DNA of 63,988 nt, filler included, from an uncultured bacterium (GTDB lineage: Bacteria; CAYJOG01): NCBI GenBank assembly GCA_964371695.1. It is 4 parts of 4 records of this genome, joined end to end, with 100 filler letters (N's around TTAATTAATTAA, not from the genome) between each part and the next. Parts side by side here need not be neighbours in the genome. Positions count along the whole stretch, not along the records: positions 37,594 to 55,808 come from CAYJOG010000009.1; positions 55,909 to 63,988 come from CAYJOG010000107.1; 2 more parts are not named here. One strand, written 5' to 3'. Below, piece by piece: positions 51,877 to 60,611 of the stretch. Every line of letters starts with the position of its first letter. The first letter of the stretch is position 1. A program made the position numbers and the translations under genes. The notes below the pieces were generated by a model, which saw only the letters and a list, made by a program, of their open reading frames with translations, ran no database searches and was not told the origin of the DNA.

Positions 51877-52080
51877 GGCAATCCCCTCTCCCCTTCAATG
51901 GGGAGAGGGCTGGGGTGAGGGGTTGATTCAAAAACAAAAAACCAAACAGATGTTTTTGCTTTTTGTTTTAACCCCTCACCCGCCTCGAAATGCCCAATGG
52001 GCGTTTCTCGCCGACCTCTCCCTCAAAAGAAGCGGTGAAAAACCCTTCCCCATCAACCCCTTTTGAAAGGACACCGGCCC

Positions 52081-52731
52081 ATGGCCAATGAGAATTTTCC
52101 TTCACCGGCTGAACTGGAACAAAGCCTGCAACGCGTGGCCAGTCTGCGCCAGGCGCTGGTGCAGGCCAGTGAACCCCTGCGGGCGCTTTCGGCGCAACAA
52201 CAGCAAACCTTTCAGAACATCTCCACCGGCCTGCAGGGCGTGCTGGGCAGCCACCGCGAAGTCGTGCAAGAAAGCGCTTCGCTCTGGAAAAAAGGTCTGT
52301 TTGATTTGCTGGAGGGCCGCCTGCGGTCTTTTGAAGACCTGAGCCGTCAGGTGCTGCGGTCTTTTGCCAACGAGGCCGTGAGCGCCCTGGCTGGCCTGGC
52401 GCTGAAAAAGGGCGGCGACGCGGGCGGCGTGCTCTCAGACCTGCTCACCGACGGGGGCGACGGCGGCAGCGAGGCTGGTCTGCTGAGCGCCCTGGTGGGC
52501 AAACGACAAAGCAGCCGTTCCACCGGCGACACACCCACCCGCCAGCGTATTGAAGTGGGGGGACACATCACCGTGAGCAGCCCCGACGGCACCGTGCAAC
52601 AGATGCCCCCCGAACTGGTGCAGGCCATTGCCGCACGGGCCGCACAGGGCGAAATCGAAAATCAGGTCTCAAGCGGGCGCGGCCCCCTGGGCGCACAACT
52701 GGCCGAGTTCAAACGGGCCGCACGGCATTGA
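52081..52731 (+). CDS. Very short tape-measure-like protein (216 aa)
   Basis: Helical A/L/Q/S-rich; FDLLEGRLRSFEDLSRQVLRSF, Gly-rich stretch, then a beta/alpha C-terminus; canonical position after the chaperone. Confidence 0.65.
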   Translation: MANENFPSPAELEQSLQRVASLRQALVQASEPLRALSAQQQQTFQNISTGLQGVLGSHREVVQESASLWKKGLFDLLEGRLRSFEDLSRQVLRSFANEAVSALAGLALKKGGDAGGVLSDLLTDGGDGGSEAGLLSALVGKRQSSRSTGDTPTRQRIEVGGHITVSSPDGTVQQMPPELVQAIAARAAQGEIENQVSSGRGPLGAQLAEFKRAARH

Positions 52732-52920
52732 AAAGATGGCTTCAGGCTTCAGGAAAGAAAAGGGACCATCGTCCCCTCTTCCCCACCAGGAGTAGGCGCG
52801 GTGTCCACACCGCGCACAGATTTTTGATCTTCTCGGCGACGGGGATGTCACCGCTACTCCAATAAAAACACACACCACCAGCCCTGCATCCTCCAGCCTC
52901 ACCACTGAAAGGAAATAAAA

Positions 52921-53673
52921 ATGAGCAACCCCATCACCATCCTGCCCATGGGCAGTTTTCAGGCCACCGACCAGGGCGGCCTGTATCAGTTTGGCGGACA
53001 GATTGACGCCACCGGCTGGAAGCTGTTTGGCGGCAACGTGCCCCTTTTGCTGGGCGCGCCCCTGGGCAGCACCACCAAGTTTCTGCTGGGCAATAATGAA
53101 GTCGCACAGTTCAACACCAGCGGCCTGCAACTGCCCACGGCCAAGGGGGTGGGCATTGGCGAAAGCCCGGCGGGCAAGTCGCTGGTCATCGGCAGCGCCG
53201 AGCCGGTGGCGGAACTCAAAAGCGGCCTCAAACTGGGGGCCTCGCCGGGCGCCACGCTGGACCACTACACCGAGGGCACCTTCACACCCGCCCTGGTGTG
53301 GGGCAGCGGCGGGGGCAGCTTCACCTATGCCTCACAAATCGGGCGTTACGTGCGCATTGGCAAACAGGTGAGCGTGTGGTGCCGGGTGGTGCTCTCGGCC
53401 ATCACCGAGGGCACAGGCATTTTGCAGATGACCGGCCTGCCCTTTGTGAGCAACGGCGCTTATACCCTGGCGCGCCTGGGCAACCTGCTGCACCACAACG
53501 TGGCCCAGCCCGCCGGCAGCCACTACGCCGTGTGCGAGGCCACCTATGGCGGCAACTATGTGCAGTTTTTTTCCATCCTGGAAAACGCCACCGCCCAGGT
53601 GTGGACCGCCGCCAACACGGCCCTGGCCAATAACGCCTCGCTGTATGTCACTGCGGTGTACGACACCATCTGA
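52921..53673 (+). CDS. Putative tail or head fibre, receptor-binding protein
   Basis: LDHYTEGTFTP, GRYVRIGKQV and TGLPF motifs typical of phage fibre C-terminal domains; SD AAGGA. Confidence 0.7.
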   Translation: MSNPITILPMGSFQATDQGGLYQFGGQIDATGWKLFGGNVPLLLGAPLGSTTKFLLGNNEVAQFNTSGLQLPTAKGVGIGESPAGKSLVIGSAEPVAELKSGLKLGASPGATLDHYTEGTFTPALVWGSGGGSFTYASQIGRYVRIGKQVSVWCRVVLSAITEGTGILQMTGLPFVSNGAYTLARLGNLLHHNVAQPAGSHYAVCEATYGGNYVQFFSILENATAQVWTAANTALANNASLYVTAVYDTI

Positions 53674-53782
53674 CCCGAAGTGCTGTTTTTTGCCCTCTCC
53701 CTGAGGGAGAGGGCAAGTGACAACACCACCTTGAACCCAACGCCATAGCAAAAACAGACCCTCACAAAAAAAGGAGAAACCC

Positions 53783-54049
53783 ATGGAAACAAAAATCACA
53801 CTGCTGGAACTGGTGGTGGGTGCGGGCGGGCAGGACTTCGCCCTGTTCGCAGAAAAAATCGGCTTCACCGACATGCCGGGTTTTGGCACGGTGCAAAGCC
53901 CGCCCCACCGCACACAGGTGGCCCTGCCGCCGGAACTCGTCACCCAGGTGAACGCCGTGATTGATCACGTCATCACCGCCCTGGGAGCCACCATGACACG
54001 CGAGCAGGTGAAGGCCCAGATGGCCGCCCTGCTGCCGCCGGCGGAGTAA
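53783..54049 (+). CDS. Small hypothetical protein (possible fibre chaperone)
   Basis: SD AAGGAG; follows the fibre gene. Confidence 0.6.
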   Translation: METKITLLELVVGAGGQDFALFAEKIGFTDMPGFGTVQSPPHRTQVALPPELVTQVNAVIDHVITALGATMTREQVKAQMAALLPPAE

Positions 54050-54052
54050 CCC

Positions 54053-54835
54053 ATGGGCGACATCACAATCGGCACAGCGGGCGGCGCGGGCATCGAGGTC
54101 ATCGCCACCGGCGAACTCACCGGCGCACTGCGCCTGAGCGCGGCGGCGGGCACAAATGCCGTGTGGGTGGACAGCGAACTTTTGCCCGTGGGCATTTGCA
54201 CCGGCGCGCTGGGTTTCACCGAAGTGCTGCATCAGCAGGACGCGGGCGCGGAGGTGCGTTATCTGTTCAGCACTGACCAGCGCCACACGTGGCAGCGCCA
54301 CAACGGCAGCGCCTGGGTGGCCGTGGCTGATCCGCTTTTGGGGTCATGGGCAGAGGCCAACACCGCGAGCGCCCTGACCGCTCTCGCCATGACACAACTC
54401 AAGGTGAGCACCGGCACACTGCACGTGCGCATCTGGATGAAAACCGGCACACCCGGCAACACCGTGGTGCTCAGAAACCTGAAGCTGTCGGTGGGGCCAT
54501 TCCTGCCCATCTTGGGCCTGGTGCGGCCCGACGAAAACCCACTGGACCTGCAACACGTCACCGTCATCAGCACCGGCGAAACAGGCGAGGAGGAACGCTG
54601 GCTGAAACGCAGCGCCCACCGGCGCGAGTGGGACCTGAAATGGAGCGGCCTGACACAGGAGGAGCGAGACGGTTTTGTGGCCTTTGTGGCCAGCAAGCTG
54701 AACTACACCGCCTTTGCCTGGACCAACCCGGATGACGGTGTGGAATACAACGTGCGGCTGGACGGCTGGAGCGTCTCCCCGGCGCTGGGGGCGCGGCCAT
54801 TTTTCAACGCCCAGGTCAGGCTGGTGCAGACATGA
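54053..54835 (+). CDS. Distal tail protein (DUF2460-like C-terminus) with an extra N-terminal beta domain
   Basis: TVISTGETGEEERW...RREWDLKW...AFAWTNP...YNVRL; ATGA-coupled to the hub gene. Confidence 0.65.
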   Translation: MGDITIGTAGGAGIEVIATGELTGALRLSAAAGTNAVWVDSELLPVGICTGALGFTEVLHQQDAGAEVRYLFSTDQRHTWQRHNGSAWVAVADPLLGSWAEANTASALTALAMTQLKVSTGTLHVRIWMKTGTPGNTVVLRNLKLSVGPFLPILGLVRPDENPLDLQHVTVISTGETGEEERWLKRSAHRREWDLKWSGLTQEERDGFVAFVASKLNYTAFAWTNPDDGVEYNVRLDGWSVSPALGARPFFNAQVRLVQT

Positions 54836-55650
54836 GCCGCACCCTTTCACCGGCCCTGCAAACCCTGCTGGCGGGGGGCGAATATCAGGCCGCCTATCTG
54901 CTGCGCCTGAGCGTGGGCGGCAGCGTCCTTTATCTCACCACGTGGGATGACCCCATCACGCACAACGCCAACACCTATTCGCCCAAGGGCTTCCGGTTCA
55001 AGGCCGAGGCCTATGACCGTGCGCTGAAAGAGGCCGACGGCGACATTGAAATCAGCAACGTGGGACTGGGCATTTCGGCGCTGGTGGCCAATGCGGCGCT
55101 GGGTTCGGCCACGGTGGAGATCGATCTGTTCTTCCCGGACGTGTCCGAGGCGGTGTCCATTCTGAAAGGCCGCCCGGCGCTGAAGCAGGCCAACGAAGAC
55201 ATGGCCACCTTCACGGTGATACCGGCCACGCGGCGCATGGAAGAAGACTATCCGCCCCACGCCATCAGCGCCCTGTGCCGTTGGCGTTTTGCGGATGCCG
55301 TGACGTGTCAGGCAGCCCACGGTGAACTGACCGGCCAGACGGCGGACGCGGGTTGCACCAACGCCCTGCTGGTGGACGCCGCACGCACCGAAGACACGGG
55401 TTACACCGGCCCCGGCAGTTATTGGGCCGACGGTTACGTCACCTTCACCAGCGGCGCGCTCACCGGCCACACGCGGGCCATTCAGGTGAGCGCCACGGGC
55501 AGCCTCACGCTGGAAGTGCCTTTTGATTCCGCCCCCGCCACGGGGGATCAATACACCCTGCGGCGGGGCTGCAACCGCACGTTTGAAGTGTGCGACGGGC
55601 GTTTCAACAACGTCACCCGCTTCGGCGGATTTGTGGATTTGCCGACATAA
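54832..55650 (+). CDS. Baseplate hub protein (DUF2163 / BR0599-like)
   Basis: LYLTTWD..IT....YSP, CRWRF....C, G.VTFTSGALTG, GDQYTLRRGCNRTFEVCDGRFNN..RFGGF. Confidence 0.85.
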   Translation: MSRTLSPALQTLLAGGEYQAAYLLRLSVGGSVLYLTTWDDPITHNANTYSPKGFRFKAEAYDRALKEADGDIEISNVGLGISALVANAALGSATVEIDLFFPDVSEAVSILKGRPALKQANEDMATFTVIPATRRMEEDYPPHAISALCRWRFADAVTCQAAHGELTGQTADAGCTNALLVDAARTEDTGYTGPGSYWADGYVTFTSGALTGHTRAIQVSATGSLTLEVPFDSAPATGDQYTLRRGCNRTFEVCDGRFNNVTRFGGFVDLPT

Positions 55651-55714
55651 AAACGGAATTCGGCGGCTGGAAGTCAGAGGCCAGAAAAAGCAAAAGACCA
55701 AGTCCTCCTCTGGC

Positions 55715-55741
55715 GTCATTCCCGCGAAAGCGGGAATCCAG
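55715..55741. repeat. Family A repeat at contig end
   Basis: GTCATTCCCGCGAAAGCGGGAATCCAG; another copy at 49655-49681. Confidence 0.9.
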
Positions 55742-55808
55742 TTCAAAACAAAAAATATTTTTGCCCTTTTTTACGGCGGGCGGGGACGCCCGCCCCACTG
55801 AGCAAGAG

Positions 55809-55908
55809 NNNNNNNNNNNNNNNNNNNNNNNNNNNNNNNNNNNNNNNNNNNNTTAATTAATTAANNNNNNNNNNNNNNNNNNNNNNNNNNNNNNNNNNNN
55901 NNNNNNNN
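55809..55908. other. Artificial contig linker
   Basis: N runs flanking TTAATTAATTAA. Confidence 0.98.
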
Positions 55909-56096
55909 TTGAAATTGTTGTTGCGCGGTGGGGACACCGCGCCTACTCCAAGGTTGTTGTGGCAAGACGGTTTGCGAGGAATCTTTCCAGATGCCTATTG
56001 AGGCATCTGGCCGAGCAAAGGCGATAGCGGCGTCGCGCCTACTCCAAAAAATGGACAGAAATCAGGCGTTTTTCCTTAACCTGACGGCAATGGGCT

Positions 56097-56900
56097 TTAC
56101 CCCTCCAGCATCTCCCGCAGTGCAGCGGCGGGGTCGGCCTGCTGCATCAGCGCCTGACCCACCAGCACGCCGCCATATCCCCGCTGGCGCGCCCGCACCA
56201 CGTCCTGGGGGGTTTTCAGGCCGCTCTCTGCAATGGCGTGGCCGTGGGGCGGCAGGTGGTCATACAGTTCCAGGCAGCGTTCCAGGTCAATGTCCAGCGT
56301 GTCCAGATTCCGGTTGTTCACGCCCAGCAGGGGAATGTGCCCCAGGGCGGCAAAGGCGGTGTCCAGCTCTTTTTGATCGTGGGTTTCGATGAGGCTTTCC
56401 AGCCCCAGTTCACCGGCTTCTTCAAACAGCGCCTTGAGCTGGGGAGGCGGCAGCATCCGCACAATCAGCAGAATCACGTCGGCCCCCGCCAGCGCCGCTT
56501 CATAGAGCTGCCTGCGGTCAATCATGAAATCCTTGCGCAAAAGCGGCAGCGCCACCGCCGCCCGCACGTCCCGCAGGTCCTCAAGCGAGCCGCCGAAATA
56601 TTTTTTGTCGGTGAGCACGCTGATGCCCACGGCCCCCGCCAGCTCATATCCCCGCGCCACGGCGGGCGGGTCTGCCGACTGGTTCAGCACACCGGCGCTG
56701 GGGCTTTGGCGCTTGATTTCCGCGATCACGCCAAACCCCTGCGACAGGCGCTCGCAGAGCGTGAGTCGTTTGCCGGTTTCTTGTAGCGCGAAACCCTGCC
56801 CGGCCCGCCGGGCCTCACGCAGACGGTTTTGCAGCACCGCCAGGTCCAGGCCCTGCACCTCGCGCTGTTTTTCGGCGGCGATTTCTTCAAGCAGCGCCAT
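56097..56900 (-). CDS. trpC: Indole-3-glycerol phosphate synthase
   Basis: IAEIKRQSPSAG, SVLTD.KYFGGS, LRKDF, GVNNRNL, AESG. Confidence 0.96.
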   Translation of the reverse strand: MALLEEIAAEKQREVQGLDLAVLQNRLREARRAGQGFALQETGKRLTLCERLSQGFGVIAEIKRQSPSAGVLNQSADPPAVARGYELAGAVGISVLTDKKYFGGSLEDLRDVRAAVALPLLRKDFMIDRRQLYEAALAGADVILLIVRMLPPPQLKALFEEAGELGLESLIETHDQKELDTAFAALGHIPLLGVNNRNLDTLDIDLERCLELYDHLPPHGHAIAESGLKTPQDVVRARQRGYGGVLVGQALMQQADPAAALREMLEG

Positions 56901-57900
56901 GGACCGCCCCCCGCAGTTTTTCCAGCAGGGTGTGTACCTTGCCGCTGTGCAGGGTTTCACGGGCCAGGGCCACGCCGTCTCCGGGGCTGGGGGCGAGGTC
57001 TGCCAGCCACAGGGCCACGCCGGTGTTGAGCAAGACAAACTCCGTGGGCGGCCCCGCCTCGCCTGCCAGCACACGCCGGGAAAGTTCCAGGCTGTGGGCC
57101 ACGTCCTGCACGGCCACGGCGGCAAGCGGCGCGGGCGTCACACCCAATTCTTCGGGTGTGAACGTGAGAGGTGTGGATTTTTCGCCCTCAATCAACAGAC
57201 CGGAAGTGGGGCCGCTCAGGTCAATTTCGTCCAGACCGCTTTGGGCGTGAAATACGAAGGCCCTGTCCACACCCAGAGCCTGCAACGCCTCTGCCATGGG
57301 TTGAAGCCGCCGGGCCTGACCCACCCCCAGCAGGTGACGCCGCGCCCCCAGGGGATTGGTGAGCGGCCCCAGCAGGTTGAACACCGTGGGCACACCCAGC
57401 GCCCGGCGCACGGGCATGGCGTGTTTCATGGCGGGGTGACAGGCGGGGGCAAACAGAAACACGAAGCCCGTTTCGGCGTATTGCTGCTTCAGCGCCGCCT
57501 CCTCCAGGGCCAGGGGCACGCCCAGGGCTTCCAGCAGGTCGGCGCTGCCGCACTTGCCGCTCACGGCTCGGTTGCCGTGTTTGGCCACCTTGCCGCCCGC
57601 CGCCGCCACCAGCAGACCCGCCAGCGTGCCGGTGTTCATCACGCTTTTGCCGCTGCCGCCGGTGCCGCAGGTGTCCAGGGCTTCAGGGGCCATGAAACCA
57701 AAATCCGCCGCGTTTTCGCGCATGGCGCGGGCAAAGCCGGTGAGTTCGGCGGCGGTTTCGCCCTTGAGGCTGAGGGCCGTGAGCACACCCCCCAGCAGGC
57801 CCTCGGCCACCTCGCCGCGAAAAAGCGCCTGGGCAAAGGCGTGGGCCTCGGCGGGTGTCAGGGACTGGCCCGCAAGCAGGCCCGGCAGGGGGTTTTGCAT
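56887..57900 (-). CDS. trpD: Anthranilate phosphoribosyltransferase
   Basis: DTCGTGG, KHGNRAVSGKCGSAD, FNLLGPLTNP, GLDE. Confidence 0.96.
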   Translation of the reverse strand: MQNPLPGLLAGQSLTPAEAHAFAQALFRGEVAEGLLGGVLTALSLKGETAAELTGFARAMRENAADFGFMAPEALDTCGTGGSGKSVMNTGTLAGLLVAAAGGKVAKHGNRAVSGKCGSADLLEALGVPLALEEAALKQQYAETGFVFLFAPACHPAMKHAMPVRRALGVPTVFNLLGPLTNPLGARRHLLGVGQARRLQPMAEALQALGVDRAFVFHAQSGLDEIDLSGPTSGLLIEGEKSTPLTFTPEELGVTPAPLAAVAVQDVAHSLELSRRVLAGEAGPPTEFVLLNTGVALWLADLAPSPGDGVALARETLHSGKVHTLLEKLRGAVHGAA

Positions 57901-58002
57901 GGCCCCATGATTGACAAAGACCAGCCCCGCCGCAAGCCGGGCCCATCACCGTTATAATCCCCCCTCTTTACTTTCACGGCCCGATGGCCCCAGGAGTCTC
58001 CC

Positions 58003-59190
58003 ATGGCAGCGAAACGTCTTTTCACCAGTGAATCAGTCAGCGAAGGCCACCCCGACAAGGTTTGTGACCAGATCAGCGACACCATTCTGGACGCCTGTCT
58101 GGCCCAGGACCCCACCAGCCGCGTGGCCTGTGAAACCGCCGTCACCACCGGTCTGGTGCTGGTGTGCGGCGAAATCACCACCAAGGCCCTGTTTGACGTG
58201 CCCACCCTGGTGCGGGCGCGCATCGCCCACATCGGTTATGTCGAAGACAACATGAAGTTCGACGCCGAAGGCTGCGGCGTGATCGTGGCCATCGGCAAAC
58301 AAAGCCCCGACATCAGCCAAGGCGTGAGCAAGGCCCTGGAGCACCGCGAGGCCGAAGACGAAGCCCACGAGTTCGACGCCCAGGGCGCGGGCGACCAGGG
58401 CCTGATGTTCGGCTTTGCCTGCGACGAAACGCCGGAACTGATGCCCCTGCCCATCGCGCTGGCGCACCGCCTGATGCTGGAGCAGTCGAGCCTGCGCAAG
58501 TCGGGCACCTTGCCGTGGCTGCGCCCCGACGCCAAAAGTCAGGTGACGGTGGTGTATGAAAACGGCCGCCCGGTGTCGCTGGACACGGTGCTCATCAGCA
58601 CCCAGCACCACCCCGACGTAGACCAGCAGACCATTCACCACGAACTGAAAAAACACCTGGTGGACAAAGTGCTGCCCCAGGACCTCATCCACAACGAAAC
58701 CCGTTTTCTGGTGAACCCCACGGGCCGGTTTGTCATCGGCGGCCCCCACGGCGACGCGGGCCTCACGGGCCGCAAGATCATCGTGGACACCTATGGCGGC
58801 TACGCCCGCCACGGCGGCGGCGCCTTCAGCGGTAAAGACCCCAGCAAGGTGGACCGCTCCGCCGCCTATGCCGCCCGCTGGGTGGCCAAACATCTGGTGG
58901 CCGCAGGGGCGGCCAGCAAGGTGGAGATTCAGGTGAGCTACGCCATTGGCGTGGCCCGGCCCACCAGCGTGCTGGTGGAAACCTTCGGCACCGAAAAAGT
59001 CGCCCCCGAAAAAATCCAGAACACCGTGGACAACGTGTTTGACCTGCGCCCGGCGGCGATTCTCAAACACCTCAACCTGCGCCGCCCCATCTACACCCCC
59101 ACCGCCGCCTATGGCCACTTTGGCCGCGACGAGTTCCCCTGGGAACAACTCACCCGCCTGGACGACGTGAAGCGCGCACTGGGGAATTAG
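58003..59190 (+). CDS. metK: S-adenosylmethionine synthetase
   Basis: [42 protein letters not shown]. Confidence 0.98.
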   Translation: MAAKRLFTSESVSEGHPDKVCDQISDTILDACLAQDPTSRVACETAVTTGLVLVCGEITTKALFDVPTLVRARIAHIGYVEDNMKFDAEGCGVIVAIGKQSPDISQGVSKALEHREAEDEAHEFDAQGAGDQGLMFGFACDETPELMPLPIALAHRLMLEQSSLRKSGTLPWLRPDAKSQVTVVYENGRPVSLDTVLISTQHHPDVDQQTIHHELKKHLVDKVLPQDLIHNETRFLVNPTGRFVIGGPHGDAGLTGRKIIVDTYGGYARHGGGAFSGKDPSKVDRSAAYAARWVAKHLVAAGAASKVEIQVSYAIGVARPTSVLVETFGTEKVAPEKIQNTVDNVFDLRPAAILKHLNLRRPIYTPTAAYGHFGRDEFPWEQLTRLDDVKRALGN

Positions 59191-59576
59191 ACGGGGAAGC
59201 TGAAAGTCGGGAAAAGAGAAAAGCCCCATTATTTCCCTCTCCCCTTTATGGGGAGAGGAAGCCCCGAAGGGGCAGGTAATGGGCGGGGGGGGTCTTTTGG
59301 GGTTGCGGCAGCATATTGATGCTGCCGGGCGCGCCCAGCGGCGCGACAGCGCCGGGGTTCAAACAAGAAAACAAAATCCTTTTTTGGTTTTTTTTCTTTT
59401 TCTCACCCCTCACCCCAACCCTCTCCCCAGTGGGGGAGAGGGGGTAGATAGCATTTTGTTGTTCGACTAACTGGCGCGAAAAGGCGGAAAGTCATACAAA
59501 AACTTCATGGGAATTTTATAACTCACGGACAACACCCGCTACGCAAAACGGTTCTTGTCTGGTATAAGGTGCAGCC

Positions 59577-60611
59577 GTGGCGGAACAGACCCCTTCCCTT
59601 TCGGTGTTGAACGAGCAGGCCCAGGCCCTGCTGCCCGCGCTGGCGGCCATGGACGCCAAAAATCTGAACGACGCGCGGGTGGCCTGGCTGGGGCGAAACG
59701 GCCAGCTCACGCAGGCGGCCAAGGCCGTGGGCAAACTGACCAAAGAAGACCGCCCCGCCGCCGGTCAGGCCCTGAACGCGCTTAAAAACCAGCTCGAAGA
59801 AGCCTTTGACGCCCGGCAGAAAACCCTGGCGCACGACACCCTGCTGGCCCGCACGCTGGGGCCGCCCGCCGACGTGTCCGAGCCGGGGTTTTTTCGCCGC
59901 ACCGGCAGCCGCCACCCCCTGCGCCAGTTGTGGGAGGAAATCGAGGACATCTTCACCAACCTGGGTTTTGCCGTGGAAGACGGCCCGGAGGTGGAGTCGG
60001 ATTATTACAACTTCGAGGCCCTGAACATTCCGGCGGACCACCCCGCCCGCGACGACCACGACACACTTTTTGTGGGGCCGGGCCGCCTGCTGCGCACCCA
60101 CACCAGCAACGTGCAGATTCACGTGATGAAACGCCAGCGGCCCCCCATTCAGGTCATCTCGCTGGGCCGCACCTATCGGCGCGACGAGGTCACCCCCCGC
60201 CACAGCCCCATGTTTCACCAACTCGAAGTGCTGCACATCGACCAGCACCTGCACATGGGCCACCTCAAAGGCATGTTGCAGGCGTTCATCGACGCCCTCT
60301 TTGGCCCGGGGCTGAAAATCCGCCTGCGGCCCAGCTTTTTTCCGTTTACCGAGCCGAGCGCCGAGGTGGACGTGAGCTGCCTGTTCTGTCACGGCCAGGG
60401 TTGCCGGGTGTGTTCGGGCACGGGGTGGATGGAGATTTTGGGCAGCGGTTTGGTGGACCCCCGCGTGTTGCGCGAGGCGGGCATCAACCCCGATGAATAC
60501 AGCGGTTATGCCTTTGGCGCGGGGCTGGAGCGCATCGCCATGCTGCGGCACCACATCCACGACATCCGCCTGTTCACCGAAAACGACTTGGCGTTCCTGA
60601 GGCAGTTCTGA
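59577..60611 (+). CDS. pheS: Phenylalanine-tRNA ligase alpha subunit
   Basis: HPARD, LLRTHTS, FPFTEPS, GAGLERIAM, FLRQF. Confidence 0.98.
   Translation: MAEQTPSLSVLNEQAQALLPALAAMDAKNLNDARVAWLGRNGQLTQAAKAVGKLTKEDRPAAGQALNALKNQLEEAFDARQKTLAHDTLLARTLGPPADVSEPGFFRRTGSRHPLRQLWEEIEDIFTNLGFAVEDGPEVESDYYNFEALNIPADHPARDDHDTLFVGPGRLLRTHTSNVQIHVMKRQRPPIQVISLGRTYRRDEVTPRHSPMFHQLEVLHIDQHLHMGHLKGMLQAFIDALFGPGLKIRLRPSFFPFTEPSAEVDVSCLFCHGQGCRVCSGTGWMEILGSGLVDPRVLREAGINPDEYSGYAFGAGLERIAMLRHHIHDIRLFTENDLAFLRQF

Noticed and set aside
43759-55650. Contractile injection system or R-type tailocin
   Set aside because: No sheath or baseplate wedge genes are seen, and a capsid and scaffold are present; the tail genes are siphophage-like.
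43759-55808. Intact inducible prophage
   Set aside because: No integrase, terminase, portal, replication or lysis genes in the visible part and heavy host-repeat colonisation. It cannot be fully excluded because the right end is truncated.
59191-59576. T-box or attenuator upstream of pheS
   Set aside because: The region is mostly a family B repeat doublet, no T-box consensus is seen, and pheS shows the leaderless signature.
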